Shown: piece by piece, positions 48,181-62,030 of the stretch
Layout of the letters: every line of letters begins with the position of its first letter
How positions within the stretch are numbered: position 1 is the stretch's first letter
Assembly: GCA_035651575.1 (NCBI GenBank)
Contig: DASRFM010000034.1
Coordinates: forward strand, 34,932-98,931
Length of the DNA stretch: 64,000 nucleotides
DNA from: Burkholderiales bacterium
Lineage (GTDB): Bacteria; Pseudomonadota; Gammaproteobacteria; Burkholderiales; SG8-39
Direction: 5' to 3'
The notes under the pieces: model-generated
Told to the model about the DNA's origin: nothing
The model's input: only the letters and a program-made list of their open reading frames with translations
Databases searched by the model: none
Program-made: the position numbers and the translations under genes

Positions 48181-49064
48181 GGCGCCTTCACGCCTTTCGG
48201 CACCTTGTAGCGGTTGTAGCCCCAGAGGTACTGCTCGGGGCATTCGCGCACCAGGGTCTCGATCGCGCGGTTGAGCCGCCGCGCCGGCGTTTCGCCTGGA
48301 ATCTTCTCCGGATAAGGGCGAAGGACGATGTCATAGCCGCGCCCGTGCGGCAGGCGCTTGCCGTACGCAAGGAAGCACGCGGTGCCCTGTCGCTCCGCGA
48401 GCTTCGCGGCGAGGGTCATGGTGTAGGCCGGGCGTCCGAAGAACTGCGCCCACTCGCCTTCGCCGCGGCTGGGCACCTGGTCGGGCAGCAGGCCGACGGG
48501 CTCGCGCGCGCGCAGCGCGGCGAAGATCTGCCGTACGCCCGAGACGTCGGCGGGCGCGAGGCGCACGTTGGCGCGGCCGCGGCCCTCCTCCATCACCGGC
48601 TCGAGCCACGCGAGGCGCGAGCGCCGGTAGAGCACCGTGACGCTCAGGCCCTCGGCCATCGCCTTGTGCGCGAGGTACTGCGCGGTGACCTCGAAGCACC
48701 CCATGTGCGGCGTGAGGAAGAGAAGCGCCTCGCCGCGCGCGCGCGCCGCGTACGCGGCCTCGACGCCGCTCACCTCGCGAACCAGCGCGGCGACCGACTC
48801 GTGGCTGCGGAACCAGAGCGCGGGCGCCTCGGTAAGCATGCGCCCGGCGGAAGCGATCGCGGCGCGCCGCGTGCGCGCGTCGCCGTAGCCCGCGCGCTCG
48901 AGATTCGCGCGCAGCTGCCTGCGGTAGTTGGGCGATATCCCATAGATCAGCCAGCCGAGGAGGCTTCCCACGGCGTGCAGCGCGCCGAGGGGCAGCGCGG
49001 CGCTCGATCGAAGGACGAACCTAATGAGGCGATGCAAGAGTTTGGTATCCTTGCGGCCTTCCAT
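48177..49064 (-). CDS. lpxL: Lipid A biosynthesis acyltransferase (LpxL/LpxM family), second copy
   Basis: ..[13 protein letters not shown].., HX4E motif TPHMGCFEV, ..[12 protein letters not shown].. Confidence 0.88.
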   Translation of the reverse strand: MEGRKDTKLLHRLIRFVLRSSAALPLGALHAVGSLLGWLIYGISPNYRRQLRANLERAGYGDARTRRAAIASAGRMLTEAPALWFRSHESVAALVREVSGVEAAYAARARGEALLFLTPHMGCFEVTAQYLAHKAMAEGLSVTVLYRRSRLAWLEPVMEEGRGRANVRLAPADVSGVRQIFAALRAREPVGLLPDQVPSRGEGEWAQFFGRPAYTMTLAAKLAERQGTACFLAYGKRLPHGRGYDIVLRPYPEKIPGETPARRLNRAIETLVRECPEQYLWGYNRYKVPKGVKAP

Positions 49065-49093
49065 TCACAGGCGAGCGCAAGCCGAGAATTCTT

Positions 49094-50247
49094 ATGAGCG
49101 AATTTCTCTTTACTTCGGAATCGGTGTCCGAGGGCCATCCGGACAAGGTCGCGGACCAGATCTCGGACGCGGTGCTCGACGCGATTCTAGCCCAGGACCC
49201 GCGCTCGCGCGTCGCGGCGGAGACGCTGGTGAAGAACAACCTCGTCGTGCTCGCGGGCGAGATCACTACCAACGCGCGCGTCAACTTCGACGCCGTTGCG
49301 CGCAAGACCATCCGGCGCATCGGCTACACCGACCCGACGATCGGCTTCGACACGCACACCTGCACCGTCATCGTCGCCTACGGCGAGCAGTCGCGCGACA
49401 TCGCGCAGGGCGTGGACGAGGGCAAGGGCCTCGACCTCGACCAGGGCGCGGGCGACCAGGGCCTCATGTTCGGCTATGCGTGCGACGAGACGCCCTCGCT
49501 CATGCCGATGGCGATCTACCTCTCGCACCGCCTGGTCGAGCGCCAGGCCGAGGTGCGCCGCGACGGGCGCCTCGCGTGGCTGCGGCCGGATGCCAAGTCG
49601 CAAGTGACCCTCAAGTATTCGAACGGCAAGCCCGACGCCATCGACACGGTGGTCCTCTCCACCCAGCACGCGCCGGGCCTCGCGCACAAGCAGATCGAGG
49701 AGGCGGTGATCGAGCAGATCATCAAGCCGGTGCTGCCGAAGAACCTGGTGAAGGGCAAGGTGAAATACCTCGTCAACCCGACCGGCAGCTTCGAGATCGG
49801 CGGCCCGACCGGCGATTGCGGCCTCACCGGGCGCAAGATCATCGTCGACACCTACGGCGGCTCGGCGCCGCACGGCGGCGGCGCGTTCTCCGGCAAGGAT
49901 CCGTCTAAAGTGGACCGCTCCGCGGCGTACGCGGCGCGCTACGTGGCGAAGAACGTCGTCGCCGCGGGGCTCGCCTCCAAGTGCCTGGTGCAGGTGTCCT
50001 ACGCGATCGGCGTCGCGCAGCCGACCAGCGTGATGGTGACCACGCAGGGCACGGGCAAGATCTCCGACGACAAGATCGCGCAGCTCGTGCGCGAGAACTT
50101 CGACCTGCGGCCGAAGGGCATCATCCAGATGCTCGACCTGCTGCGGCCGGTGTACGAGAAAACCGCCGCCTACGGCCACTTCGGCCGCGAGGAGCCGGAA
50201 TTCACCTGGGAAGCGACCGACAAGGCGCTCGCGCTGAAGCAAGCGGC

Positions 50248-50251
<4 letters not shown>
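49094..50251 (+). CDS. metK: S-adenosylmethionine synthase
   Basis: [30 protein letters not shown].. and ..[12 protein letters not shown].. Confidence 0.97.
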
Positions 50252-53498
<3,247 letters not shown>

Positions 53499-53514
<16 letters not shown>

Positions 53515-53849
53515 CCCCGATTCCGGACACGTCGATCTTCGATCTGCGGCTCTCGCGCAAGGGACGCCGCCTGAACAAGCTCTGCCACACGCTGTGCGAT
53601 CCGAAGAACCGCGATGCGTTCAAGGCCGACGAGGAAGCCTACCTGGCGAAGTTCGGGCTCACCGCGGAAGAGAAGGATCTGATCCGGAAAAGGGATTTCC
53701 GCGGCCTGATCGAGGCCGGGCTCAACATCTACTGGATGCTCAAGCTCGGCTCGGCCACCGGGAACAGCCTCTACCGCATGGGCGCGCAGATGCGCGGCGA
53801 GAGCTACGAGGAGTTCCTGAAGACGCGCAACATCAGCGGCGCCGTCTGA
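53499..53849 (+). CDS. ligA: Protocatechuate 4,5-dioxygenase alpha subunit (LigA family)
   Basis: In-frame ATG 53499. ..RKGRRLNKLCHTL..NRDAFKADEEAYLAKFGLTAEEKDLIRKRDFRGLIEAGLNIYWMLKL.. Confidence 0.8.
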
Positions 53850-53851
53850 CC

Positions 53852-54706
53852 ATGGGCAGGATCGTCGGCGGCATCGGGCTCTCGCACGTGCCTTCGGTCG
53901 GCCCGGTGGTCGATCGCGGCCGGCAGGGCGACCCGGCCTGGAAGCCGCTCTTCGACGCCTATGTCCCGGTGCGCGACTGGCTCGCCAGGCTGAAGCCGGA
54001 TGTCGCGATCGTCGTCTACAACGACCACGGCGCCGACTTCATGCTCGACAAATATCCGACCTTCGCCCTCGGGGTCGCGGAGCGCTATGCGATCGCCGAC
54101 GAGGGATTCGGCACGCGCCCGCTGCCCGAGGTGCCCGGCGATGCCGAGCTCTCGGCGCACCTCTGCGAGCGCCTGATCGCCGACGAGTTCGACCTCACCG
54201 TCTGCCAGGAGATGGGCGTCGAGCACGGCTTCCTCGTGCCGATGAACCTGTGCTTCCCGCACGGCGTGTCGGCGGACGGGACGGCAGGCTGGCCGGTGCG
54301 CACGATCCCGCTCGAGGTGAACGTCATCCAGCACCCGCTGCCGACTGCGCGCCGCTGCTACAAGCTCGGGCAGGCGATCCGGAACGCGGTTTCCTCCTAT
54401 CGGGAAGACCTCAAGGTCGTCGTGCTGGGCACCGGCGGCATGTCGCACCAGCTGCAGGGGCGGCGCTTCGGCTACATGAACGAGAAGTTCGACCAGTGGT
54501 TCCTCGACCAGATCGAGGCGAACCCGCAGCGCCTGTGCGAGCTCTCGCACCAGGAGATCATGGAGCAGGCGGGCGCCGAAGCGGTCGAGCTCGTCATGTG
54601 GCTCACCATGCGCGGCGCCCTTTCGGCCCGGGTGCGGCGCGTGCAGCGCCATTACTACGCGCCCATGACGACCGGCATGGGCTTGATCGCGCTCGAAGAT
54701 TCCTGA
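53852..54706 (+). CDS. ligB: Protocatechuate 4,5-dioxygenase beta subunit (LigB, class III extradiol)
   Basis: In-frame ATG 53852. ..VAIVVYNDHGADF..YPTFALGVAE..DEGFGTRPLPEVPG..GTGGMSHQLQG..VELVMWLTMRGAL.. Confidence 0.88.
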   Translation: MGRIVGGIGLSHVPSVGPVVDRGRQGDPAWKPLFDAYVPVRDWLARLKPDVAIVVYNDHGADFMLDKYPTFALGVAERYAIADEGFGTRPLPEVPGDAELSAHLCERLIADEFDLTVCQEMGVEHGFLVPMNLCFPHGVSADGTAGWPVRTIPLEVNVIQHPLPTARRCYKLGQAIRNAVSSYREDLKVVVLGTGGMSHQLQGRRFGYMNEKFDQWFLDQIEANPQRLCELSHQEIMEQAGAEAVELVMWLTMRGALSARVRRVQRHYYAPMTTGMGLIALEDS

Positions 54707-54720
54707 GATAATCCGCGCTC

Positions 54721-54786
54721 GCTGAGGAGCGTTGCGTCCCCCGAGATAGACCGAGGGGTCAGGCTCAGCTAAATATAACCGCGCTC
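54721..54786 (+). promoter_or_regulatory. SAH (S-adenosylhomocysteine) riboswitch aptamer upstream of ahcY
   Basis: Sequence GCUGAGGAGCGUUGCGUCCCC..GGGGUCAGGCUCAGC..CGCGCUC. P1 pairs GCUGAG with CUCAGC. It has the conserved GAGGAGCG and CAGGCUC blocks. The downstream CGCUC is complementary to GAGCG (pseudoknot). Confidence 0.8.
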
Positions 54787-54817
54787 GCACCGGAAACGGT
54801 GCGGGCGCTTTTGCTTT
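54781..54817 (+). terminator. Terminator-type expression platform of the SAH riboswitch
   Basis: GCGCUCGCACCG-gaaa-CGGUGCGGGCGC followed by UUUUGCUUU. The 5' arm contains the CGCUC pseudoknot partner, so aptamer folding and terminator formation are mutually exclusive. Confidence 0.7.
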
Positions 54818-54831
54818 CTGGAGACCCGCAG

Positions 54832-56259
<1,428 letters not shown>

Positions 56260-56263
56260 GGCC

Positions 56264-57214
56264 ATGAGCCTCGCGTCGAAGCTGCTCGCGCGCGACGGCT
56301 TCGTGCTGATGTACGGCACGACCCCGCCGCGCTCGGGCTCGCCCGCGGAGCTCATCCGCGGCGCCGCGGAAAAGCTCGCCGAGCGGGTGCGGCCGCTGCC
56401 GCTCGACGGCTTCGTCGTCTACGATCTCCAGGACGAGAGCGCGCGCACCAGCGCGCCGCGCCCGTTCCCGTTCGCCCCGACCGTGGATTCGCGCGGCTAC
56501 GCGAAGCTGCTCGACGAGCTCACCGGGCGCTCCGCCGTGTGCTACAAGTGCATCGCGCGCATGACGCACGCCGAGTGGCGCGAATGGCTCGGTGACACGC
56601 GGCGCGATTACGGCCTGGAGCTGCTCACGCTCGTGGGCCGGCCCAGCTCGCAGAAGATTCCCTACGCCATGACGCTCACGCAGGCGTACTCGATCGCGGC
56701 GGGCCACGATTCGCGGTTCGTCCTGGGCGGCGTGGCGATCGCCGAGCGCCACGGTGTCGGGCGCGACGAGAGTCGGCGCTTGCACGACAAGACCGATGTC
56801 GGCTGCCGCTTCTTCGTCTCGCAGACGGTCTACCAGCCCGCCGCCACCATCCGCATGCTCTCCGGCTACGCCGCGCTGTGCCGCAAGCTCGGGCGCGCGC
56901 CCGCGCGCATCGTGCTCACGTTCGCTCCCTGCGGCCGCGCGAAGACCATGGACTTCATGAGGTGGCTCGGCATCGCCATTCCGGAGGAGACCGAGCGCGC
57001 GATTCTCGGGTCGCCCGCGCCGCTCTCGAAGTCGATCGAGATCTGCAGCGAGAACCTGCGGCAGATCCTCGACCAGGACTACGTCCACGAGCTGCCGCTG
57101 GGCGTCAACACCGAGAGCGTCTCGATCAACAAGGAGGAGATCGATGCGTCGGTCGACCTCTTCCAGGCGCTCAAGGACGTGCTCGACCGCCGCGAGCAGG
57201 CGCTGCGCGCCTAG
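56264..57214 (+). CDS. Divergent methylenetetrahydrofolate reductase-family protein
   Basis: ..GCRFFVSQTVYQPAATIRMLSGYAALCRKLG..RIVLTFAPCGRAKTMDFM.RWLGIAIPEE.. parallels the C-terminal half of MetF. The N-terminus does not look like the canonical FEFFPP start. Occupies the usual ahcY-metF position. Confidence 0.55.
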   Translation: MSLASKLLARDGFVLMYGTTPPRSGSPAELIRGAAEKLAERVRPLPLDGFVVYDLQDESARTSAPRPFPFAPTVDSRGYAKLLDELTGRSAVCYKCIARMTHAEWREWLGDTRRDYGLELLTLVGRPSSQKIPYAMTLTQAYSIAAGHDSRFVLGGVAIAERHGVGRDESRRLHDKTDVGCRFFVSQTVYQPAATIRMLSGYAALCRKLGRAPARIVLTFAPCGRAKTMDFMRWLGIAIPEETERAILGSPAPLSKSIEICSENLRQILDQDYVHELPLGVNTESVSINKEEIDASVDLFQALKDVLDRREQALRA

Positions 57215-57314
57215 GCGCCGACGCGTCGGTTGGAGGACGAGCGCGGGCGCGCTATGCTATCGGCGCGGCCGCACTTTCACGTCTCGGTCGCGCAGCGCGG
57301 GGAGACAACAACAA

Positions 57315-58022
57315 ATGGACGGCCTGATGGACAACGAGTACGTCTTCATCACGGTCAACCTGGTGGGCGCCCTCGCCGCGGGCGCCATCATCGGACTGGA
57401 ACGCAGCCACCATGGACGGCCCGCGGGCTTCCGCACGCACGCGCTGGTGTGCCTCGCGTCCGGGCTGCTGATGCTGGTGACCGTCAATTACGCGAAGTTC
57501 GCGGGCCTGGCGGCGCTCGAAGGCACCGCGCCCATCGATCCGACGCGCATGGCGCAGGGCATCATGACCGGCATCGGCTTCCTCGGCGCGGGCGTGATCA
57601 TCAAGGAAGGCATGACGGTGCGCGGCCTCACGACCGCCGCCTCCATCTGGGTCACCGCGGCAATCGGGGTGCTCGTCGGAATCGGCTTCTACTTCGCCGC
57701 CGGCATCGCGACGGTGCTGACGCTCGGAGTGCTGTCGGTGTTCCGCTGGATCGAGCGCAAGATGCCGATCGAGTTCTACGCCAAGCTCTGCGTGGGCTTC
57801 CTGCGCGAGGCGCGGCTGCCCGAGGAGGAGCTGCGCTCGATCGTCCAGCGCCAGGGCTTCATCGTCGCGAACATGAACTACTCTCTCTCCGGGGACGGCA
57901 AGATTTTCCAGTACGACATGGTGATCCACTCGCCGGTGCGCGAGAACACGCGGCGCCTCGCCGATGCCTTCGCGCTCATGGCATCGGTGGTGGAATTCAG
58001 GATCGCCCCTACGGGAGACTGA
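57315..58022 (+). CDS. mgtC: MgtC/SapB-family membrane protein
   Basis: In-frame ATG 57315. ..AAGAIIGLERSHHGRPAGFRTHALVCL..GIGFLGAGVI..AASIWVTAAIGVLVG.. plus a soluble C-terminal domain. Confidence 0.88.
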   Translation: MDGLMDNEYVFITVNLVGALAAGAIIGLERSHHGRPAGFRTHALVCLASGLLMLVTVNYAKFAGLAALEGTAPIDPTRMAQGIMTGIGFLGAGVIIKEGMTVRGLTTAASIWVTAAIGVLVGIGFYFAAGIATVLTLGVLSVFRWIERKMPIEFYAKLCVGFLREARLPEEELRSIVQRQGFIVANMNYSLSGDGKIFQYDMVIHSPVRENTRRLADAFALMASVVEFRIAPTGD

Positions 58023-58034
58023 CGACCCGGTCCG

Positions 58035-58976
58035 CTACAGCTCGTACATCTCGCCCTTGCCGGCGAGCGCGGCGTCGATGACCTCGCGCGAGAGCTGCGG
58101 CGAGAACAGCTCGATGAACGCGTAGGCGTAGCCGCGCAGGTACGCGCCGCGCCGGATCGCGATGCGGGTGGTGTTGCTCTTGAACAGGTGCGACGCGTCG
58201 AGCGCGCGCAGGCCGCGGTCGCGCTTCGGATCGAACGCCATGGCGGCGACGATGCCGACGCCCATGTCGAGCTCGACGTAGGTCTTGATGACGTCCGCGT
58301 CGATCGCCGACAGGACGATGTCCGGGTGCAGCCCGCGCGCGGCGAACGCCTCGTCGATGTGGGTGCGGCCGGCGAACGCAGGGTCGTACGTGATCAGCGG
58401 ATAGCGCGCGACCTCCTCGAGCGTCACGCGCGAGGACTTCGCGAGCGGGTGCTTCGCCGGTACGACCACGCAGTGGTTCCATTGGAACCCCGGCAGCGCG
58501 AGCAGCTTGGGGTAGTGATCGAGCGCCTCCGTGGCGATGGCGACGTCGGCCTCCCCGGCGAGCACCATCTCGGCGAGCTGCGGCGGGTTGCCCTGCTTTA
58601 GCGTGAGGTGCACCTTCGGATAGCGCCGCTTGAACTGGCGGACGACCGTGGGCAGCGAGTAGCGCGCCTGCGTGTGCGTGGTCGCGACCGCGAGCGTGCC
58701 GCTCGCCTGGTCCTGGAACTCGCGCGCCGCGCCCCTAAGGTTGTCGGCGAGCTGCAGCAGGTCCTCGATGATCCTGACCACCATGCGCCCCGGCTCGGTC
58801 AGCGCCACGAGCCGCTTGCCGCGGCGCACGAAGATCTCGACGCCGAGCTCGTTCTCGAGCTCGCGGATCTGCTTCGAGACCCCGGGCTGCGACGTGAACA
58901 GCTTGTTCGCCGCCTCGGTGAGGTTCAGCCCCTGGCGCACGGTCTCTCGGACATAGCGCAACTGCTGGAAATTCAT
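58035..58976 (-). CDS. cysB: CysB-family LysR-type regulator
   Basis: MNFQQLRYVRETVRQGLNLTEAANKLFTSQPGVSKQIRELENELGVEIF.. Divergent from the sulfate assimilation operon. Confidence 0.88.
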   Translation of the reverse strand: MNFQQLRYVRETVRQGLNLTEAANKLFTSQPGVSKQIRELENELGVEIFVRRGKRLVALTEPGRMVVRIIEDLLQLADNLRGAAREFQDQASGTLAVATTHTQARYSLPTVVRQFKRRYPKVHLTLKQGNPPQLAEMVLAGEADVAIATEALDHYPKLLALPGFQWNHCVVVPAKHPLAKSSRVTLEEVARYPLITYDPAFAGRTHIDEAFAARGLHPDIVLSAIDADVIKTYVELDMGVGIVAAMAFDPKRDRGLRALDASHLFKSNTTRIAIRRGAYLRGYAYAFIELFSPQLSREVIDAALAGKGEMYEL

Positions 58977-59075
58977 AGCCTTTTGGTTATGCCATGAGGT
59001 TATTAAATTCTAACATGAAAGTCTTTTGAGCTATTAGGGCCGGGCGATACGATTCTCGCTCGCTCGGAGAAACGC

Positions 59076-59849
59076 TTGGACTTCCTGGTTGTCGCTTCCG
59101 GTTTCGTGGTGGGCGCCGTCGTCGGCGTCACCGGCGTGGGCGGCGGCTCGCTGATGACGCCGCTGCTGGTGCTGCTGTTCGGCGTTTCGCCCGTGACCGC
59201 GGTCGGCACCGACCTGCTGTTCGCCGCGATCACCAAGACGGGCGGCGCCTGGGCCCATGCGCGCCGCGGCGGGGTCGACTGGACGATCGTCGGCCGGCTC
59301 GCCGCGGGCAGCGTGCCGGCGGCGGTGCTCACGCTCGTGGCGCTGCATTTCTTCGTCGCCGATTCGAAAGCGCTCGCGCAGGTCGTGAGCGTCGGATTGG
59401 GCGCGGCGCTGCTGCTCACGGCGGCGGCGCTGCTGTTCCGCGAGCCGCTGCGGCGCTGGGCCGGGCGCCGCGGGCGGGCCCTGCCGCCGAGCGTGACCGC
59501 CGCGAAGCGCACGGTGATCTTCGGCGCGGTGCTCGGCGTGCTCGTGAGCGTCTCTTCAGTCGGCGCGGGCGCCCTCGGCGTGACGGCGCTGTTCTTCCTC
59601 TACCCCGGGCTCGCCGCGGCGCGCATCGTGGGGACCGACATCGCGCACGCCGTGCCGCTCACGCTGGTCGCGGGCCTCGGCCACGCGGCCGCGGGCGTCG
59701 TCGACTGGTCGCTGCTCGCGAGCCTGCTCGTCGGCTCGCTTCCCGGCATCTGGCTCGGGAGCCGGCTCGGCCGGGCGCTGCCCGAGCGCTTTCTGCGCGG
59801 CGCGCTGGCGGCGATGCTCGTGCTGATCGGCGGAAAACTGGTGTTCTGA
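59076..59849 (+). CDS. TauE/SafE (TSUP) family sulfite/anion exporter-like membrane protein
   Basis: ..VVGVTGVGGGSLMTPLLVLLFG..AVGTDLLFAAITK... Duplicated 4-TM repeats. TTG start. Confidence 0.85.
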   Translation: MDFLVVASGFVVGAVVGVTGVGGGSLMTPLLVLLFGVSPVTAVGTDLLFAAITKTGGAWAHARRGGVDWTIVGRLAAGSVPAAVLTLVALHFFVADSKALAQVVSVGLGAALLLTAAALLFREPLRRWAGRRGRALPPSVTAAKRTVIFGAVLGVLVSVSSVGAGALGVTALFFLYPGLAAARIVGTDIAHAVPLTLVAGLGHAAAGVVDWSLLASLLVGSLPGIWLGSRLGRALPERFLRGALAAMLVLIGGKLVF

Positions 59850-59851
59850 CC

Positions 59852-61567
59852 ATGTACATCTACGACGACATCGACCAACGCATCGTCGACGAGCGGGTAC
59901 AGCAGTTCCGCGGACAGGTGCGCCGCTTCCTCGACGGCAAGCTCTCCGAGGACGACTTCCGCGCGCTGCGGCTGCGCAACGGCCTGTACATGCAGCGCCA
60001 TGCGCACATGCTGCGCATCTCCATTCCGTACGGGCTGCTCTCGACGCGCCAGCTGCGCAAGCTCGCGCACATCACGCGCACCTACGACCGCGGCTACGGC
60101 CACTTCAGCACGCGCCAGAACCTGCAGCTCAACTGGCCGAAGCTCGAGGACGTGCCCGACATCCTCGCCGAGCTCGCGAGCGTGCAGATGCACTGCATCC
60201 AGGCCTGCGGCAACGACCTGCGCAACATCACGACCGACCATTTCGCGGGCGTCGCGCCCGACGAGATCGTCGAGCCGTTCGTGTGGTGCGAGATCGTGCG
60301 CCAGTGGGGCGCCTTGCACCCCGAGTTCAATTTCCTCCCGCGCAAGTTCAAGATCGCGGTGAACGGCGCGAAGGCCGACCGCGCCGCGGTCGCGTTCCAC
60401 GACGTCGGCCTGCACGCGGTGCGCGCCCAGGACGGCGAGATCGGCTTCCGCGTGACGGTCGGCGGCGGGCTCGGGCGCACCCCGATGATCGGCTTCGTGA
60501 TCCGCGAGTTCCTGCCCTGGCCCCACCTGCTCAGCTATCTCGAGGCGATCATGCGGGTCTACAACCGCAACGGCCGCCGCGACAACATCCACAAGGCGCG
60601 CATCAAGATCCTCGTGAAGGAGCGCGGCGCCGCGCGCCTGCGCGAGGAGGTCGAGGCGGAATGGGCGCACCTCAAGGACGGCCCGTCGACGCTGCTCGCC
60701 GAAGAGGTCGAGCGCGTGCGCTCGCGCTTCACGCGGACGAAGTACGAGGAGCTTCCGGCCACCGACCCCGCGCTCGAGTCCGCGCTCGCCGCAGACCGCG
60801 CCTTCGCCAGCTGGCACGCGCGCAACGTCCACGGGCACAAGCTGCCGGGCTACGCGGCGGTGACGCTTTCGCTGAAGAAGACCGGCGTGCCGACCGGCGA
60901 CGTCACTTCCGACGCGATGGACGCGATCGCCGACCTGGCCGACCGCTACTCCTCGGGCGAGCTGCGCGTGTCGCACGAGCAGAACCTGATCCTCGCCGAC
61001 GTGCGCAAGTCCGACCTGCGCTCGCTGTGGCAGGAGGCGCGCGCGCTCGGGCTCGCGACGCCGAACATCGGCCTGCTCACCAACATCATCTGCTGCCCCG
61101 GCGGCGATCTCTGCTCGCTCGCGAACGCGAAGTCGATCCCGGTCGCCGAGGCGATCCAGCGCCGCTTCGACGATCTGGACTACCTGCACGACATCGGCGA
61201 GATCGACCTCAACATCTCGGGCTGCATGAACGCCTGCGGCCATCACCACATCGGGCACATCGGCGTGCTCGGCGTCGACAAGGACGGCGAGGAGTGGTAC
61301 CAGATCGAGGTCGGCGGCAACCAGGGCGAGGTGCGCCCGGGCGTCGGCGCCTCGCTCGGCAAGGTGATCGGTCCGTCGTTCGCGCGCGCCGAGGTCCCCG
61401 ACGTGGTCGAGCGCCTGATCGAGTGCTATCTCGAGCGCCGCGACAGCGAGGCCGAGCGCTTCATCGACGTCGTGCACCGCATCGGCGCCGAGCCCTTCAA
61501 GGAAAAGGTCTATGGCAGCACTGATAAGACAGCGGCGCGTCGTCGCAGACAGCTGGCGGCGGCTTGA
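59852..61567 (+). CDS. cysI: Sulfite reductase hemoprotein (ferredoxin/NiR-SiR type)
   Basis: Two NiR/SiR repeats. Siroheme-[4Fe-4S] Cys cluster ..CCPGGDLCSLA..SGCMNACGHH.. Confidence 0.9.
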   Translation: MYIYDDIDQRIVDERVQQFRGQVRRFLDGKLSEDDFRALRLRNGLYMQRHAHMLRISIPYGLLSTRQLRKLAHITRTYDRGYGHFSTRQNLQLNWPKLEDVPDILAELASVQMHCIQACGNDLRNITTDHFAGVAPDEIVEPFVWCEIVRQWGALHPEFNFLPRKFKIAVNGAKADRAAVAFHDVGLHAVRAQDGEIGFRVTVGGGLGRTPMIGFVIREFLPWPHLLSYLEAIMRVYNRNGRRDNIHKARIKILVKERGAARLREEVEAEWAHLKDGPSTLLAEEVERVRSRFTRTKYEELPATDPALESALAADRAFASWHARNVHGHKLPGYAAVTLSLKKTGVPTGDVTSDAMDAIADLADRYSSGELRVSHEQNLILADVRKSDLRSLWQEARALGLATPNIGLLTNIICCPGGDLCSLANAKSIPVAEAIQRRFDDLDYLHDIGEIDLNISGCMNACGHHHIGHIGVLGVDKDGEEWYQIEVGGNQGEVRPGVGASLGKVIGPSFARAEVPDVVERLIECYLERRDSEAERFIDVVHRIGAEPFKEKVYGSTDKTAARRRRQLAAA

Positions 61568-62030
61568 GCGCGCCGCCGACGGCTCGCTGCCGTCGGTCCC
61601 CGGCGAGGGCGACGTGATCGTCCCGCTCGCCCTGTGGCTCGAGCGGCGCGACGCGCTGCCCGCGCGCAGCGGCCGCACGGGCGTGTGGCTCGACAGCCAC
61701 GAGGGCCCGGAGGCGCTCGCCGGCGACGTCGGCCGCCTCGATCTGATCGCCGTGAACTTCCCCAAGTACCAGGACGGCCGCGGCTACTCCATCGCGACGC
61801 TGCTGCGCGAGCGCTACGGCTACAAGGGCGAGTTGCGGGCGATCGGCGAGGTGGCGCGCGATCACCTCTTCTACATGGCGCGCTGCGGATTCGATTCCTT
61901 CGCGCTGCGCGAAGGCGAGGACGTCGAGGAGGCGCTCGCGGCGTTCGCCGATTTCAGCGAGGGCTACCAGGCGTCGGTCTCGCAGCCGCTGCCGCTGTTC
62001 CGCCGCCGGCTCGCGGGAGGCAAGGCGTGA
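61512..62030 (+). CDS. DUF934 protein (sulfite-reduction associated)
   Basis: ..LIAVNFPKYQDGRGYSIATLLRERYGYKGELRAIGEVARDHLFYMARCGFDSF.. Overlaps the cysI 3' end by 56 nt. Confidence 0.85.
   Translation: MAALIRQRRVVADSWRRLERAADGSLPSVPGEGDVIVPLALWLERRDALPARSGRTGVWLDSHEGPEALAGDVGRLDLIAVNFPKYQDGRGYSIATLLRERYGYKGELRAIGEVARDHLFYMARCGFDSFALREGEDVEEALAAFADFSEGYQASVSQPLPLFRRRLAGGKA

Noticed and set aside
49065-49093. Possible SAM riboswitch upstream of metK
   Set aside because: Only 29 nt separate metK from the divergent lpxL start, too short for any SAM-riboswitch class. No conserved motif seen.
57215-57314. Mg2+-sensing leader or terminator between the MTHFR-like gene and mgtC (palindrome CCGACGCGTCGG at 57218..57229)
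   Set aside because: No M-box-like conserved blocks or short proline-rich leader ORF that I could recognise. The palindrome has no loop and no U-tract.
59600-61765. 721-aa ORF on the - strand
   Set aside because: Antisense to tauE, cysI and DUF934. Low-complexity Arg/Ala/Asp composition.
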